Assembly (NCBI GenBank): GCA_035998685.1
Contig: DASYHK010000003.1
Span: forward strand, 192,259-256,258
Direction: 5' to 3'
Length of the DNA: 64,000 nt
DNA from: Devosiaceae bacterium
GTDB lineage: Bacteria; Pseudomonadota; Alphaproteobacteria; Rhizobiales; Devosiaceae
Part shown: in pieces, positions 9,489-20,060 of the stretch
Numbering within the stretch: position 1 is the stretch's first letter
Layout: every line of letters starts with the position of its first letter
The notes under the pieces: generated by a model
Seen by the model: only the letters and a program-made list of their open reading frames with translations
What the model was told of the DNA's origin: nothing
Database searches by the model: none
Program-made: the position numbers and the translations under genes

Positions 9489-11288
9489 ATGCTTGAAGCC
9501 GGCACGCGTCACTTCCTCGACGTCCACAAGTCTCTGAGCGGGCGTGCGTGGATCGATCGGCTCGATAGCGCCGGCACGCGCACAGCCACCGCCATCAGCC
9601 AGCGCAGCGGCCTGTCGGAAATTCTGGCGCGCGTTCTTGCCGGACGCGGCGTCGCCATCGATGAAGCCGAAGCCTATCTGGTGCCGACGATCCGGGAGCT
9701 GATGCCGGATCCCTCGACTTTGACCGATATGGATGCGCTGGCCGATCGGCTTGCCGCTGCCATCGCCAACAATGAGCAGGTGGCACTGTTCGGAGATTAT
9801 GACGTCGATGGCGCCTGCTCCTGCGCCTTGCTCATCCGTTACCTGCGCCATTTCGGCCTCGAGCCGCAGGTGCACATTCCGGATCGCATCTTCGAAGGAT
9901 ACGGCCCCAACATTGCCGCCATCGACAAGCTCATCGACAGCGGTGCGACACTCCTCGTCACGCTCGACTGCGGTACGGTCAGCGACGACCCGATCGCCCA
10001 CGCCCGGGCCCGCGGCATCGACGTCCTCGTGATCGATCACCACCTCTCCGATGCGGAACTTCCGCAGGCGACGGCGCTGGTCAATCCCAACCGTCCTGAT
10101 GACGTTTCAGGTCTTCGCTACCTCTGTGCCGCCGGCGTCGCCTTTATGGCGTTGGTGGCGACCAATCGCGTGCTGCGGCAGCGTGGCGATACGGGACTGC
10201 CGGACCTGATGGGGCTGCTGGACCTGGTTGCCCTTGCTACGGTTTGCGACGTCGTGCCGCTTTGCGGCCTCAACCGCGGTTTCGTCATTCGCGGCCTCGA
10301 GATCGCACGGCAGGCCCGCAATCGGGGCATCGCAGCGCTGGCCTTGGCGGCCCGCATCAACGGCCCCCTCAACCCGTACCATCTCGGCTACCTGATCGGA
10401 CCGCGCATCAACGCCGGCGGTCGCATCGGCAACGCCGCCCTCGGCGCCGAACTACTGTCCCTGGACGACGAACACCAGTCTCTCATCATTGCCGGACAGC
10501 TAAACGAACTGAACACCGAGCGTCAGCGGATCGAGTTGGAGGCGGTGGAGGAGGCGGTGCGCGCCGCCGAGGATGAGATCGGGGGCGGGGAGGGGCCGCC
10601 GGTTCTGGTCCTCGCCTCGGCCCGGTGGCATGCGGGCATCGTCGGCCTGGTTGCCGCGCGGCTGCGCGAGCGTTTTGAACGTCCGGCATTCGCCATCGCC
10701 CTTGCACCCGACGGAACCGGTACTGGCTCCGGTCGCTCAATGCCGGGCGTCGACCTCGGCACTGCGGTCATCGCTGCTGTAGAGCGCGGCCTCCTGGTGA
10801 AGGGCGGCGGCCACGCCATGGCTGCGGGCGTAACCGTCGCCCCCGGTCGGATTGGCGCGCTGCGGGCGCATCTTACCGAGTCGCTTGGCGCCGCCGTAAC
10901 CGGCGCCCGGGCTGCCACGGCGCTCCCCATCGATGCGGCCATGACAGCCCGTGGCGCAACGACGGACTTCGTCCACGAAATAGAGAGGGCAGGACCCTTT
11001 GGCGCTGGAAACCCGCAGCCCGTCTTCGCCTTTCCTGCCCACCGCGCCAAATTCGCCGAAGTCGTTGGTGCAGGTGGACATGTGCGGTTTACGCTGACGT
11101 CGGAGGACGGCGCGCGGCTCAAGGCCATCGCTTTCCGTGCGGCGTCAACGCCGCTTGGCCAGGTCATGCTGGCCGGCGGCAATGAAACCCCTCTGCACGT
11201 TGCCGGTACCCTTGGGATAGATCACTGGCAGGGTCGTGAGATGGTGCAGTTGCGGCTTCTGGATGCGGCGACGATCGCTGCGCCCTAG
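9489..11288 (+). CDS. recJ: single-stranded-DNA-specific exonuclease RecJ
   Basis: 599 aa with DHH motifs (LFGDYDVDGACS, VTLDCGT, LVIDHH) and DHHA1 (GGGHAMAAG). Confidence 0.93.
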   Translation: MLEAGTRHFLDVHKSLSGRAWIDRLDSAGTRTATAISQRSGLSEILARVLAGRGVAIDEAEAYLVPTIRELMPDPSTLTDMDALADRLAAAIANNEQVALFGDYDVDGACSCALLIRYLRHFGLEPQVHIPDRIFEGYGPNIAAIDKLIDSGATLLVTLDCGTVSDDPIAHARARGIDVLVIDHHLSDAELPQATALVNPNRPDDVSGLRYLCAAGVAFMALVATNRVLRQRGDTGLPDLMGLLDLVALATVCDVVPLCGLNRGFVIRGLEIARQARNRGIAALALAARINGPLNPYHLGYLIGPRINAGGRIGNAALGAELLSLDDEHQSLIIAGQLNELNTERQRIELEAVEEAVRAAEDEIGGGEGPPVLVLASARWHAGIVGLVAARLRERFERPAFAIALAPDGTGTGSGRSMPGVDLGTAVIAAVERGLLVKGGGHAMAAGVTVAPGRIGALRAHLTESLGAAVTGARAATALPIDAAMTARGATTDFVHEIERAGPFGAGNPQPVFAFPAHRAKFAEVVGAGGHVRFTLTSEDGARLKAIAFRAASTPLGQVMLAGGNETPLHVAGTLGIDHWQGREMVQLRLLDAATIAAP

Positions 11289-11477
11289 CGCTGCCACCGG
11301 GCTTTTCCGGCGACCAGACAGCAGCTTAGGCCGTCTCGCGTCGGAAACAGAGACTTGCATATCCGGTTCGCGCGGCTAAAGTGCCGCTACGAGCGGTCGA
11401 GGTGCGAAAGCGGCCTCGAGCAGACGGAAAGCGCATCGGGCACGTTTCTTGCCCACCAGTTCCGGATTGTGGGCGTC

Positions 11478-12713
11478 ATGGAAAAAGCTGCGGCCGAGCA
11501 ACCCCTTCTGGGCCCGACCTTGTGGACAAGCCTCGTTTCGAGACTGACCGAATGGATCGGCGTGCGGTTGATCGGCCAGCCGCGGCATGGGGCGCTCACC
11601 GTAAAGTTTCCCAATGGCAGGTCCCGCACCGTCGGCAACCCCGCGACCGGCGAGCACGCCATCGTTACCTTGAAGAACTTCCGGGTGATCTCCGAGGCCA
11701 TGCGGCGCGGCACGGTTGGATTCGCGGCGGCCTATATAAACGGTGATCTCGAGATCGAGGACCTGACGGCGGTTTTCCGGTACTTCCTGCAGAACCGGGA
11801 CCTTTTCGACGCCGCCAATCCCGGGCTTTTTCGGCGAGCCGCGCAGGACATCGCGTACCACATGTCCCGCCACAACTCGAAGGAAGGGGCGAAGCGGAAC
11901 ATTGCCGAGCACTACGACCTCGGCAACGACTTTTACGGCGAGTGGCTCGACCCGTCGATGACCTATTCCTCCGCCCTCTTCACCTCGCCCGATCAGTCGC
12001 TCGAGGAGGCCCAGCGGGCGAAGTACGGCCGGATCGCCGAACTCGCGGGCGTTAGCCCGGGCTCGACCGTGCTCGAGATTGGCTGCGGCTGGGGCGGCTT
12101 TGCCGAGGCCGTCGCCCGCGACTTCGAGGCCATCCTCTACGGTATCACGCTGTCACGGGAGCAGCTCAACTACGGCCTGGCGCGCCTGCACCGGCAGGGC
12201 CTGGATAATCTCGCAACCCTGCATTTCGAGGACTATCGGGACACGACCGGCCAATACGACCACGTAGTTTCGATCGAGATGATCGAGGCGGTGGGCGAGG
12301 ATCACTGGCCGACCTATTTCCAGGCCGTCCATGACCGGCTGAAGCCAGGCGGCACCGCCGCCATCCAGGCCATTACTATCGACGAAGCTGACTTCGAGGA
12401 CTACCGCTCCGGCCCCGACTTCATTCAGCGCTACATCTTTCCGGGCGGCATGCTACTGACTAAGACTGCCATGGCGGAACAGGGGCGCCGCGTTGGTCTG
12501 GTGCTGGAGAATGTCGAGAACTTCCGGCTGTCCTATGCGCGCACCCTGCGCCTTTGGCGTGAGCGTTTCCTCGAGCGCTGGTCCGAGATCACTAAGCTCG
12601 GCTACGACGAGGAGTTTCGGCGTAAGTGGGTCTACTACCTCAGTTACTGCGAGGCTGGTTTCCTCGAAGGGACCATCGACGTCGGCATCTATCAGTACCG
12701 GAAGCCCGCCTGA
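11478..12713 (+). CDS. cfa: cyclopropane-fatty-acyl-phospholipid synthase family SAM methyltransferase
   Basis: ORF 11355..12713 with likely start ATG 11478. Motifs HYDLGNDFY, VLEIGCGWGG, and LWRERF...YYLSYCEAGF. Confidence 0.88.
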   Translation: MEKAAAEQPLLGPTLWTSLVSRLTEWIGVRLIGQPRHGALTVKFPNGRSRTVGNPATGEHAIVTLKNFRVISEAMRRGTVGFAAAYINGDLEIEDLTAVFRYFLQNRDLFDAANPGLFRRAAQDIAYHMSRHNSKEGAKRNIAEHYDLGNDFYGEWLDPSMTYSSALFTSPDQSLEEAQRAKYGRIAELAGVSPGSTVLEIGCGWGGFAEAVARDFEAILYGITLSREQLNYGLARLHRQGLDNLATLHFEDYRDTTGQYDHVVSIEMIEAVGEDHWPTYFQAVHDRLKPGGTAAIQAITIDEADFEDYRSGPDFIQRYIFPGGMLLTKTAMAEQGRRVGLVLENVENFRLSYARTLRLWRERFLERWSEITKLGYDEEFRRKWVYYLSYCEAGFLEGTIDVGIYQYRKPA

Positions 12714-12728
12714 GCGCGCGCGTCTAGA

Positions 12729-12983
12729 CTAGAAGCGGAACTCCACACCCATTTCCTTGAGCGCCCGCCACACCACCCGGCAGGCGTGCGGCCGGTGGCC
12801 GGGCGCGATGAGGTCGAAACTGTTCGGAATCGCTTTGACCGAAGCGACTTCGAGCTTGGCCCCGCCATCCGATAGATTGCGGATGAGGCAGTCGACTTTG
12901 CTGCGGCCTCCGTCGAAGGCAATCCTCGCTTCGATCATGGTGTTGCGGCGGGGAGAGAGGCGTTTTTCGAGGCGGATATCCAA
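12729..12983 (-). CDS. PilZ domain protein
   Basis: 84 aa with RLSPRRN...DCLIRNLSDGGAKL, the PilZ RxxxR and D/NxSxxG motifs. Confidence 0.75.
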   Translation of the reverse strand: MDIRLEKRLSPRRNTMIEARIAFDGGRSKVDCLIRNLSDGGAKLEVASVKAIPNSFDLIAPGHRPHACRVVWRALKEMGVEFRF

Positions 12984-13067
12984 TGCGGGCGTTCCCTGTT
13001 CGTCCGCAAGTATCGCATCGGAGCTATAACGGAGTGTAGGGCTCGCAACGAGGATTTTAAGTTTTGC

Positions 13068-14831
13068 TTACGTCAGGCCGGCGAGCTTCAGTCCCCGCAG
13101 GTACCGGCTCAGCAGTGCCGGCTCCATGAACCGGAGCCCGTCGCCCATGGTGGTCAGGGAGATGTCGTTACGGCCGTCGATGAACTGGCGAAGCGACTCC
13201 GCCGCGGCAGCGAGATCTCCATGGTGGGCCTGATAGACGGCCAGATCGCGGTACGGCCAGAGCAGGCCCGGCCGCTCCGATAGTGCCCGCCGCACCAGGG
13301 TAATCGCCAGCTGCGGCCGTCCGGCCGCGAAATGTGCCAGGCCCATGCCGAGGTGCACATTGAACGCGAAGGGATCCAGAGGCGACAGCCGTGCCGCCCG
13401 TTCAAAGGCCACCAGCCCTTCCTCCGGGTTGCCGAGATACACTTGGCCGAACCCGCGGCGCATCCAGGCCCACGAATGGTTGGGGTCGAGCGCCAGCGCC
13501 TGGTCGGCAAAGGCCGCCGCTTGCGCGACGTCACCTCCGATCTGCATCATCGCCGAGCCGAGGGCGGTGAGCGCCGTCGGGTTGTCATGGACGTTCAGCG
13601 TTGCCTGCTCGATCAACTTTCCCGCGGCCCGGCGCTCGAAGTCGAAATCGCTCGTCCAGTTGTAGGCGACCTGCTGCCCATGCGCCCATGCCGCCAGCGC
13701 CGCCGCGAGCCCGTAGTCGGGCTCCAGTTGCATGGCTCGCTCCAGCAGGGTGATTGCCTCGGAATTGTCGCGGGGGCGGTGCGCCCAGAGATGCGGAAAG
13801 GCTCGCATTACTAGGTCATAGGCTGCCAGTGTCTCCGGCCGCTTTGATCGGGCGAGGGCGATCTCGGCCCTCCTTATCGTTGGCTGGATGGCGCTTGCGA
13901 CCTCGGCGGCCATCCTGTCCTGCAGGTCGAACAGCTCGCTCGCGAGGCCGTCGATCTTGGTCGACCAGATATGGCTGGCGGTTTCCGCCTCTACCAGTTG
14001 TGCGGTGATGCGCACTCGCTCACCCACCCGGCGCACCGACCCTTCCACCACGTAACGTACACCCAGTGCGCGCCCAATTTGCCGCACATCTGTTCCGCCC
14101 CGTCCCTTGTAGGCAAAGGCCGAGTTGCGCGCGATGACGAAAAAGTCCTTTACCCGAGACAGGGTCGCCGTGATTTCCTCGACCACGGCGTCGGCAAAAT
14201 AGCTTTGGTCCGCCTCGCCCGAAAGGTTGTCGAAGGGCAGCACCACCAGTGAGGGGCGGTTGGACGGCAGCGTCAGCCTGCCGCTATCCGTGGGCAGTTG
14301 CTGCGTGCCGTCGGGGTGCCAGACGAAGATGCGGACGGTCTTGGCGATGTTCTTCAGTTCGGTCGGCCCGAGATCGACGAAACGCAGATCGGTTGCGCCT
14401 TCCAGATACTGATACATCCACTTGGTGATGCACATGCCGCCCGGCGGCGCGTGAGCCTGCACCCGCACCGCCATGTTGATGCCGCTGCCGTAGAGGTCGT
14501 TGCCCGCCACCAGTACGTCGGCAAGAACGATTCCAGCCCGGATCTGGAACAGTTCTCCACCGGGCGCCTTGATCTTGCGCTGATGCAGCACCCGCTGCAG
14601 GTCCGCCGTCCACTGCACCGCGGCCACCACGCTGCCGAACTCGGCCAGCAGGCCGTCGCCCATGGTCTTGAATACCTTACCGCCCTGGCTGCCGATGGTG
14701 CGCGCAATCAACCGGTCATAGACCCGCTGCACGAGACGCAGGGTCTGTCGTTCGTTCCGCTGGACGAGACGGGAGTAGCCCACCACGTCCAGCGAGACTA
14801 TGGGCACCAGACGTCGGTCGGGTTGGACCAT
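13068..14831 (-). CDS. class III adenylate/guanylate cyclase with C-terminal TPR region
   Basis: 587 aa. The N-terminus VSLDVVGYSRL...KTMGDGLLAEF is the cyclase catalytic domain. It is followed by a TolB-like spacer and TPR-like repeats. Confidence 0.85.
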   Translation of the reverse strand: MVQPDRRLVPIVSLDVVGYSRLVQRNERQTLRLVQRVYDRLIARTIGSQGGKVFKTMGDGLLAEFGSVVAAVQWTADLQRVLHQRKIKAPGGELFQIRAGIVLADVLVAGNDLYGSGINMAVRVQAHAPPGGMCITKWMYQYLEGATDLRFVDLGPTELKNIAKTVRIFVWHPDGTQQLPTDSGRLTLPSNRPSLVVLPFDNLSGEADQSYFADAVVEEITATLSRVKDFFVIARNSAFAYKGRGGTDVRQIGRALGVRYVVEGSVRRVGERVRITAQLVEAETASHIWSTKIDGLASELFDLQDRMAAEVASAIQPTIRRAEIALARSKRPETLAAYDLVMRAFPHLWAHRPRDNSEAITLLERAMQLEPDYGLAAALAAWAHGQQVAYNWTSDFDFERRAAGKLIEQATLNVHDNPTALTALGSAMMQIGGDVAQAAAFADQALALDPNHSWAWMRRGFGQVYLGNPEEGLVAFERAARLSPLDPFAFNVHLGMGLAHFAAGRPQLAITLVRRALSERPGLLWPYRDLAVYQAHHGDLAAAAESLRQFIDGRNDISLTTMGDGLRFMEPALLSRYLRGLKLAGLT

Positions 14832-14935
14832 CGATAGTTTGTGCTCTTCGGGACGCTGCCGCCTCTATAGCACCCTCGTTCGAACGAGAGAACGGGACCG
14901 TGGGCGGAGCATAAACAAACGGTCGCCGACGCCTG

Positions 14936-15889
14936 CTAGTACACCGTCGTCAAGACTTCCACCTCGCGTGGCCGACCCGGTTGCACCTCGAACTCCCGAT
15001 TATAGACAGTATCGCCGCGTTTCGCGAGCACGAGGTATTCTCCTTCCGAGAGTACGGTGGCAGGGAACGCGCCGATATTGGTGTAGATCGTCGTCCCGTC
15101 TTCTGCCTTCACCGTCCATTCCACATCGGCGATGGCCTCGCCGCCCGCCTCTGTGACGAGCTTGAAAGAAATCTGTGCCGATCGATGATAAAGGGTCGCA
15201 TCGGTCAGCTGGCCCGGCTCGACCCGCAGGTCTGCGCGCACCACCGCATTGACGCTCCCGAAATACGAGACCACGTGGTAGGTGCCGGCGTTGAGGGTGA
15301 CGATGTCGTTTGCCGACAGGTTCTGCACCTCCAGCGTCTGAGCACCTTCTTCGCCGTCGCTGAAGACATCGAAGCGCAGCAGATTGATGGGGATCGGGAC
15401 ATCCCCGGTTATGGCTGCATTCAGGCGAAGGGCGCCGGCGTCGAGCACCATCGCCTTGCTGTTGTCGCCCTCCACAACCTGCAGCGTGTCGCTGGCCTGC
15501 GCCCGACCATACGACACATGCACCACGTACTCGCCCGGAGCGAGCGCGATGCGGGGAGCCGGTTCCTCGGACTTCACTGCCAGCGCCAGATTGCCGGCAT
15601 TGTTCAGCCGGGTGTCGAAAACCCGCCAGGTCAGGCCTTCGCTGATGGTCATGCCGTTTTCCGTGATGCGGGCGGTAAGGGAAACGGGCTGCTCTTCCGC
15701 GGTTGCCGCCTCGATGGCCGCGGTCGCCTCCGCCGCTGCATCTGCCGGAGTGGCAGGGGGGGAATCCGCACTGCTTGGCATCCGGTCAGCCGGGCGCGGC
15801 ATCGGTACCGGGGCCTCCTGGGCACCAGCCGAGCTAGTGCCAAGCGATGCGATGCAGGCCGCAATGACCAGCCAGTTCTTCGTCTTCAC
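14936..15889 (-). CDS. exported protein with three internal beta-rich repeats
   Basis: ORF 14936..15979. The likely start is GTG 15889 (AGGGG upstream), followed by a signal peptide KTKNWLVIAACIASLGTSSAGAQ. The motif (A/S)xGEY/TYxV recurs three times. Confidence 0.6.
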   Translation of the reverse strand: MKTKNWLVIAACIASLGTSSAGAQEAPVPMPRPADRMPSSADSPPATPADAAAEATAAIEAATAEEQPVSLTARITENGMTISEGLTWRVFDTRLNNAGNLALAVKSEEPAPRIALAPGEYVVHVSYGRAQASDTLQVVEGDNSKAMVLDAGALRLNAAITGDVPIPINLLRFDVFSDGEEGAQTLEVQNLSANDIVTLNAGTYHVVSYFGSVNAVVRADLRVEPGQLTDATLYHRSAQISFKLVTEAGGEAIADVEWTVKAEDGTTIYTNIGAFPATVLSEGEYLVLAKRGDTVYNREFEVQPGRPREVEVLTTVY

Positions 15890-16008
15890 CGAGTACCCCT
15901 TGCTGGCGATCGTTCGCCAGTACTCCCGCGTCTGGGCGCCGTTGCCGCATAGCCTTGGATTGCGGAAAACCTGTGTCATAAGGTGGTGACGCCTGCAAGG
16001 ATTCTGCC

Positions 16009-16587
16009 ATGCCTGCCAACGCCCAACTGCTCGACTACCTCAAGAACCGACGGTCTGTCGGCATCGCCTTCCTGCGGGATCCGGGGCCGACTCCCGAGCA
16101 ACTGCAGGACATCCTTGCCATCGGCACGCGGGTCCCAGACCATGGCAAGCTGGTACCGTGGCGCCTCGTCCTCTTCGAGGGCGACGCCCGGGAGCGGGCG
16201 GGGCAGCGCCTGGCGGGTCTGGTGCAGGCGCGCCGACCGGATATCGACGCTGCCAGCCTGGATCAGGAGCGGAAGCAGTTCCTGCCCGCACCGCTCACCA
16301 TCGGCGTCATCCATTCCCCCAAGCCGAGCACGAAGTCGCCGGAACTCGAGCAATTGCTGTCCGGGGGAGCCGTCTGCCTCAACCTGCTCAATGCCGCCTT
16401 CGCGGTGGGACTTGCCGCCAGCTGGGTCACCCGCTGGTTCGCCTTCGATCCCGAGGCCCAGCAACTGCTGGGCGCCCGCGGCGGTGAACGCTTTCTCGGC
16501 TTTGTCCATATCGGTACGCCCGCCACCATCCCGGAGGATCGGGAGCGCCCGAACCCGCAATTGCTGGTGACGCGCTGGGATGGGTAA
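16009..16587 (+). CDS. nitroreductase family protein
   Basis: 192 aa: LLDYLKNRRSVG...PTPEQLQDILAIGTRVPDHGKLVPWR. Confidence 0.85.
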   Translation: MPANAQLLDYLKNRRSVGIAFLRDPGPTPEQLQDILAIGTRVPDHGKLVPWRLVLFEGDARERAGQRLAGLVQARRPDIDAASLDQERKQFLPAPLTIGVIHSPKPSTKSPELEQLLSGGAVCLNLLNAAFAVGLAASWVTRWFAFDPEAQQLLGARGGERFLGFVHIGTPATIPEDRERPNPQLLVTRWDG

Positions 16588-16647
16588 CGCTTCGTTAACC
16601 ATGGATGGGTCAGGTCGTCCCAGCGCAACTCTGTACCTTGCGAGTCG

Positions 16648-17475
16648 ATGGGCGTCCTGCCGGTATCAGTGCCGAGAGACCTCGCCAACGCCCTGAATGC
16701 GGCGGGGCAGCGCAGCGGCGTCGATTTCGGCTACCTCCTGCAGACCGCCATCCGCGAGAGCAGCCTCAATCCCAGCGCCAGGGCCAGCACCTCTACCGCC
16801 ACGGGCCTGTTCCAGTTTCTCGAGGGGACCTGGATGGAGGTGATGAAGGAGGAGGGGCCGCGGCTGGGCTACCAGCGCTACGCCGACGCCATTTCGGTGA
16901 CCGCTGAGGGCGATTACGTAATAGCCGACAAGGCCCTGCGGCAGGAAATTCTCGCTCTGCGTGAAAATCCCCGGATCGCAGCTGATCTTGCCGCCGCCTT
17001 CACCCGCAACAACGGCGCCTACCTCCAGCAGCGGTTCGGACGGATGCCGAGTGCCGGTGAACTCTACATTGCCCATTTTCTCGGTGCCAAAGGGGCCGAG
17101 ACCATGTTCACCGCCGGCCTCGCCGACCCCGAGCAACTGGCAACCAAGCTGTTCCCACGCCAGGCTCGGGCGAACCCCACCATTTTCTATGACGACGGTG
17201 AACCCCGCACCATTCGCGAGGTCTATCGCGCCCTCGTGGCCAAGCACGAGGGTGCGGCACCGGCCAATCCCGGCTTCACCGCACAACAGATGACTGCGGC
17301 AGCTCCCCCTTCGCGTTGGCCCTCGGAGCCCTTGCCCTCGCGCCTTGGCCCCGCCGACATGTCGTTCGAGAGCCTCTTCGCCGACGAGGGCGCGGTGCAG
17401 CCGCGCACGCACATGACGCCGGAGGAGGAGACCGCGAGCGGCGCCTTCTTTACCCAGCTCTACGGCCAGCAATAG
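16648..17475 (+). CDS. SLT-domain lytic transglycosylase-like protein
   Basis: 275 aa: LLQTAIRESSLNPSARASTSTATGLFQFLEGTW, containing the catalytic ES and GLFQF blocks. Confidence 0.75.
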   Translation: MGVLPVSVPRDLANALNAAGQRSGVDFGYLLQTAIRESSLNPSARASTSTATGLFQFLEGTWMEVMKEEGPRLGYQRYADAISVTAEGDYVIADKALRQEILALRENPRIAADLAAAFTRNNGAYLQQRFGRMPSAGELYIAHFLGAKGAETMFTAGLADPEQLATKLFPRQARANPTIFYDDGEPRTIREVYRALVAKHEGAAPANPGFTAQQMTAAAPPSRWPSEPLPSRLGPADMSFESLFADEGAVQPRTHMTPEEETASGAFFTQLYGQQ

Positions 17476-17559
17476 GGTTAACGCCCGACCAACGCACAGG
17501 GTGAACCGTTCCTTAAGCCTTGCCGGCTAGGGTGCCTTTCGTGGCGCCTGCCGGGGAGT

Positions 17560-18771
17560 TTGATGGTCGCGTATCAGGATTTCGTTGCCCTCTGCCGCTC
17601 GGGCAACAGTGAGGACCGCGGTCAGGCCGCGCATCTCGCCGCCATGGCCTATCTCGGGCATAACGGCCCAGCCGAGGAGCACGCCGCTCTCTATGCGGCG
17701 CTGATCGGTTTCCTCGACGATCCTTCGGTCAAGGTCCGCGCAGCCCTTGCCTACGGGCTGCTACACGCACGCGATGCACCGCGCCCGGTGCTGCTGGCAC
17801 TGCTCCAGGACAGCCTCGTCATCTCCCGCGCCGTCGCCCAGTATTCTCCGGCGCTCATCGACGCCGACCTGATTCCCCTGGTGCAGGGCGCCGACCCGGT
17901 GCTGCTGGCGGCCGTCGCTGAGCGTGAGCGGCTGAGCGCACGCCTCGCCGCAGCCATCGTCGCGCGGGGGCAGCGGCCACTCATCATCAAGCTGCTCGCG
18001 CGGCCCGACGTTCCATTCGCCCCGTCACTTCTCGCCAGCCTTGCTGACGATCACGGCGCCACCGATGCCACCATGCGCGGGCTGCTGCTGCGCCGCCCGA
18101 CCTTGCCGGCCGCCGCCCGGCTGTCCCTGGTGGAGGCGGCCGCCGCCGCCCTCGAACGCTGCCGGGTGGTCAGGGGCGCGGTCCAGCCCAAGCGCCTCAC
18201 GCGTCTGTTGCGCGACAGCACCGACACCGCCATGGCGGAGATCGGCGAGCGTCAGCCGGAAGCGGGCAGGGCGCCCTATGCCGCAGCGCTCGTCGCCCGC
18301 AATCGCCTCTCTGCCCGCGTGATGCTGCATGCGGTGGTCAATGGCCACGTGTTGTTCTTCGCGGATTGCCTCTCCGAGCTGTCCGAAGTGCCGCGTGATA
18401 AAGTATTCACGCTTCTGGAAACCGGCAGCCGCTCTGCCCTGAATGCCCTCCTACTGCGCTGCGGCCTCGCCATCCCCGTCTGCAGCATGATGGCGCGGCT
18501 GATCTTCCATGCCCGCGCCGCCGACCTGGCCGATGATCTGTCCGCCCGCCACTTCGTCGTCACCGCTCTGACCGAGGAACTGATCGTCGAGCATGAGGGC
18601 GACATTCCGGTCGAGCTGGAGGAGGTCTTCCAGTACCTCTCCGAACAGAACATCGCGCTCGCGCGCCGCGCCGCCCGCGGCGTCATGTCGGCCTTCGCGA
18701 CGGAAGCCGAAGTCCCGATGGCGGTGCCGCTTGGCTGGGACGAGGAGGCGCTGGCGCTGCCGGCAGCCTGA
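17560..18771 (+). CDS. DUF2336-like helical-repeat protein
   Basis: 403-aa Ala/Leu-rich helical repeats (DPSVKVRAALAYGL...). Size and composition are typical of alphaproteobacterial DUF2336 proteins. Confidence 0.65.
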   Translation: MMVAYQDFVALCRSGNSEDRGQAAHLAAMAYLGHNGPAEEHAALYAALIGFLDDPSVKVRAALAYGLLHARDAPRPVLLALLQDSLVISRAVAQYSPALIDADLIPLVQGADPVLLAAVAERERLSARLAAAIVARGQRPLIIKLLARPDVPFAPSLLASLADDHGATDATMRGLLLRRPTLPAAARLSLVEAAAAALERCRVVRGAVQPKRLTRLLRDSTDTAMAEIGERQPEAGRAPYAAALVARNRLSARVMLHAVVNGHVLFFADCLSELSEVPRDKVFTLLETGSRSALNALLLRCGLAIPVCSMMARLIFHARAADLADDLSARHFVVTALTEELIVEHEGDIPVELEEVFQYLSEQNIALARRAARGVMSAFATEAEVPMAVPLGWDEEALALPAA

Positions 18772-18774
18772 GGC

Positions 18775-19551
18775 CTAATACCGGAACTGCTCGCTCAGCA
18801 CCCGCTCCTCGAGGCCCGTACCGGGATCGAACAGCAGCGTCACCCTGTGCGAGCGGTCCTCGCGCACCACCACCTCGACCACGTCCTTGAACTCGACATT
18901 GTCTGCCACCGCGCTGGTTGGCCGCTTCTCTGCCTCCCGCATCCGGAAGGTGACCACGGCGTGGTTGTTGAGGATCGCGCCGCGCCAGCGCCGTGGCCGA
19001 AACGGCGAAATCGGCGTCAGCGCCAGCAACGGCGCATCGATCGGTAGGATCGGCCCGTGCGCCGAGAGGTTGTAGGCCGTCGAGCCGGCCGGCGTCGCCA
19101 GCAGCACCCCGTCGCAGATCAGTTCGTTCAGGCGGATGTGCCCGTCGACTTTGATCTCCACCTTGATCGCCTGGTAGGTCGCGCGGAACAGCGAGACTTC
19201 ATTCAGAGCCAACGCCTCGTAGCGGTCTCCGGAGCTGTCCGTCACCTGCATGGTCAGCGGATAGATGTCGGTCGGAATCGCCGCCAGCAGCCGCTCGCGC
19301 AGCCCGTCGGTGCCGAAGTCGTTCATCATAAATCCCACGGACCCGAAGTTCATTCCATAAACCGGAATGTCTCGGTCCATCACCCGGTGCAGCGTCTGCA
19401 GCATCAGCCCGTCGCCTCCGAGCGCCACGATCACCGCCGCCTCCTCGAAACCCACATCGCCGTAATGGTTGCGCAACGAGTCGGCGGCGCGGTCCGCTTC
19501 CGGCGTGCCGCTGGAGACGAAGCTGACCCGGTCGGGCAAGAGACCATCCAC
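18775..19551 (-). CDS. nadK: NAD kinase
   Basis: 258 aa: [31 protein letters not shown]. Confidence 0.92.
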   Translation of the reverse strand: MDGLLPDRVSFVSSGTPEADRAADSLRNHYGDVGFEEAAVIVALGGDGLMLQTLHRVMDRDIPVYGMNFGSVGFMMNDFGTDGLRERLLAAIPTDIYPLTMQVTDSSGDRYEALALNEVSLFRATYQAIKVEIKVDGHIRLNELICDGVLLATPAGSTAYNLSAHGPILPIDAPLLALTPISPFRPRRWRGAILNNHAVVTFRMREAEKRPTSAVADNVEFKDVVEVVVREDRSHRVTLLFDPGTGLEERVLSEQFRY

Positions 19552-19649
19552 CGCTGAGGTTCCCCCAAGACTGATTGCGCCTGCCTAGCATGGCACCCCG
19601 CCGCTTGCCAGCTTGCGCACCCCCGCCGGCGGTGTTAGCTAGCCCCGGT

Positions 19650-19725
<76 letters not shown>

Positions 19726-19871
19726 AGACATTTCAAGACCTTAGAATATTCAATCAGCTCAGTAATTGTCGCTAGCAATCACATAGCAACCGAGAGCGCG
19801 ATTTTAGAGGACGCTGTGGATACGGCAGCGTTTCTCTGTTATGTGACATATTGCACATGGGGGGGTGAATC

Positions 19872-20060
19872 ATGTCCAAGGGAAGCTCGGGACGCCTGGT
19901 GGTCGAGATGGACCCCGAGATTAAGCGCCAGCTATACAGTGTTCTTGCGGAGGAGGGCCTGACTTTCAAAGAGTGGGTGGTGAGGCAGGCAGAACTGCTT
20001 ATCCGAGAGCGACGAGAGCCACAGCTTCCCGGAGTCGGCCGACGGTCTAGCGATGTTTGA
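19872..20060 (+). CDS. ribbon-helix-helix (CopG/ParG-like) small protein
   Basis: 62 aa: GRLVVEMDPEIKRQLYSVLAEEGLTFKEWVVRQAE follows a beta-strand/helix/helix pattern. Its stop overlaps the next ORF start (ATGTTTGA). Confidence 0.55.
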   Translation: MSKGSSGRLVVEMDPEIKRQLYSVLAEEGLTFKEWVVRQAELLIRERREPQLPGVGRRSSDV

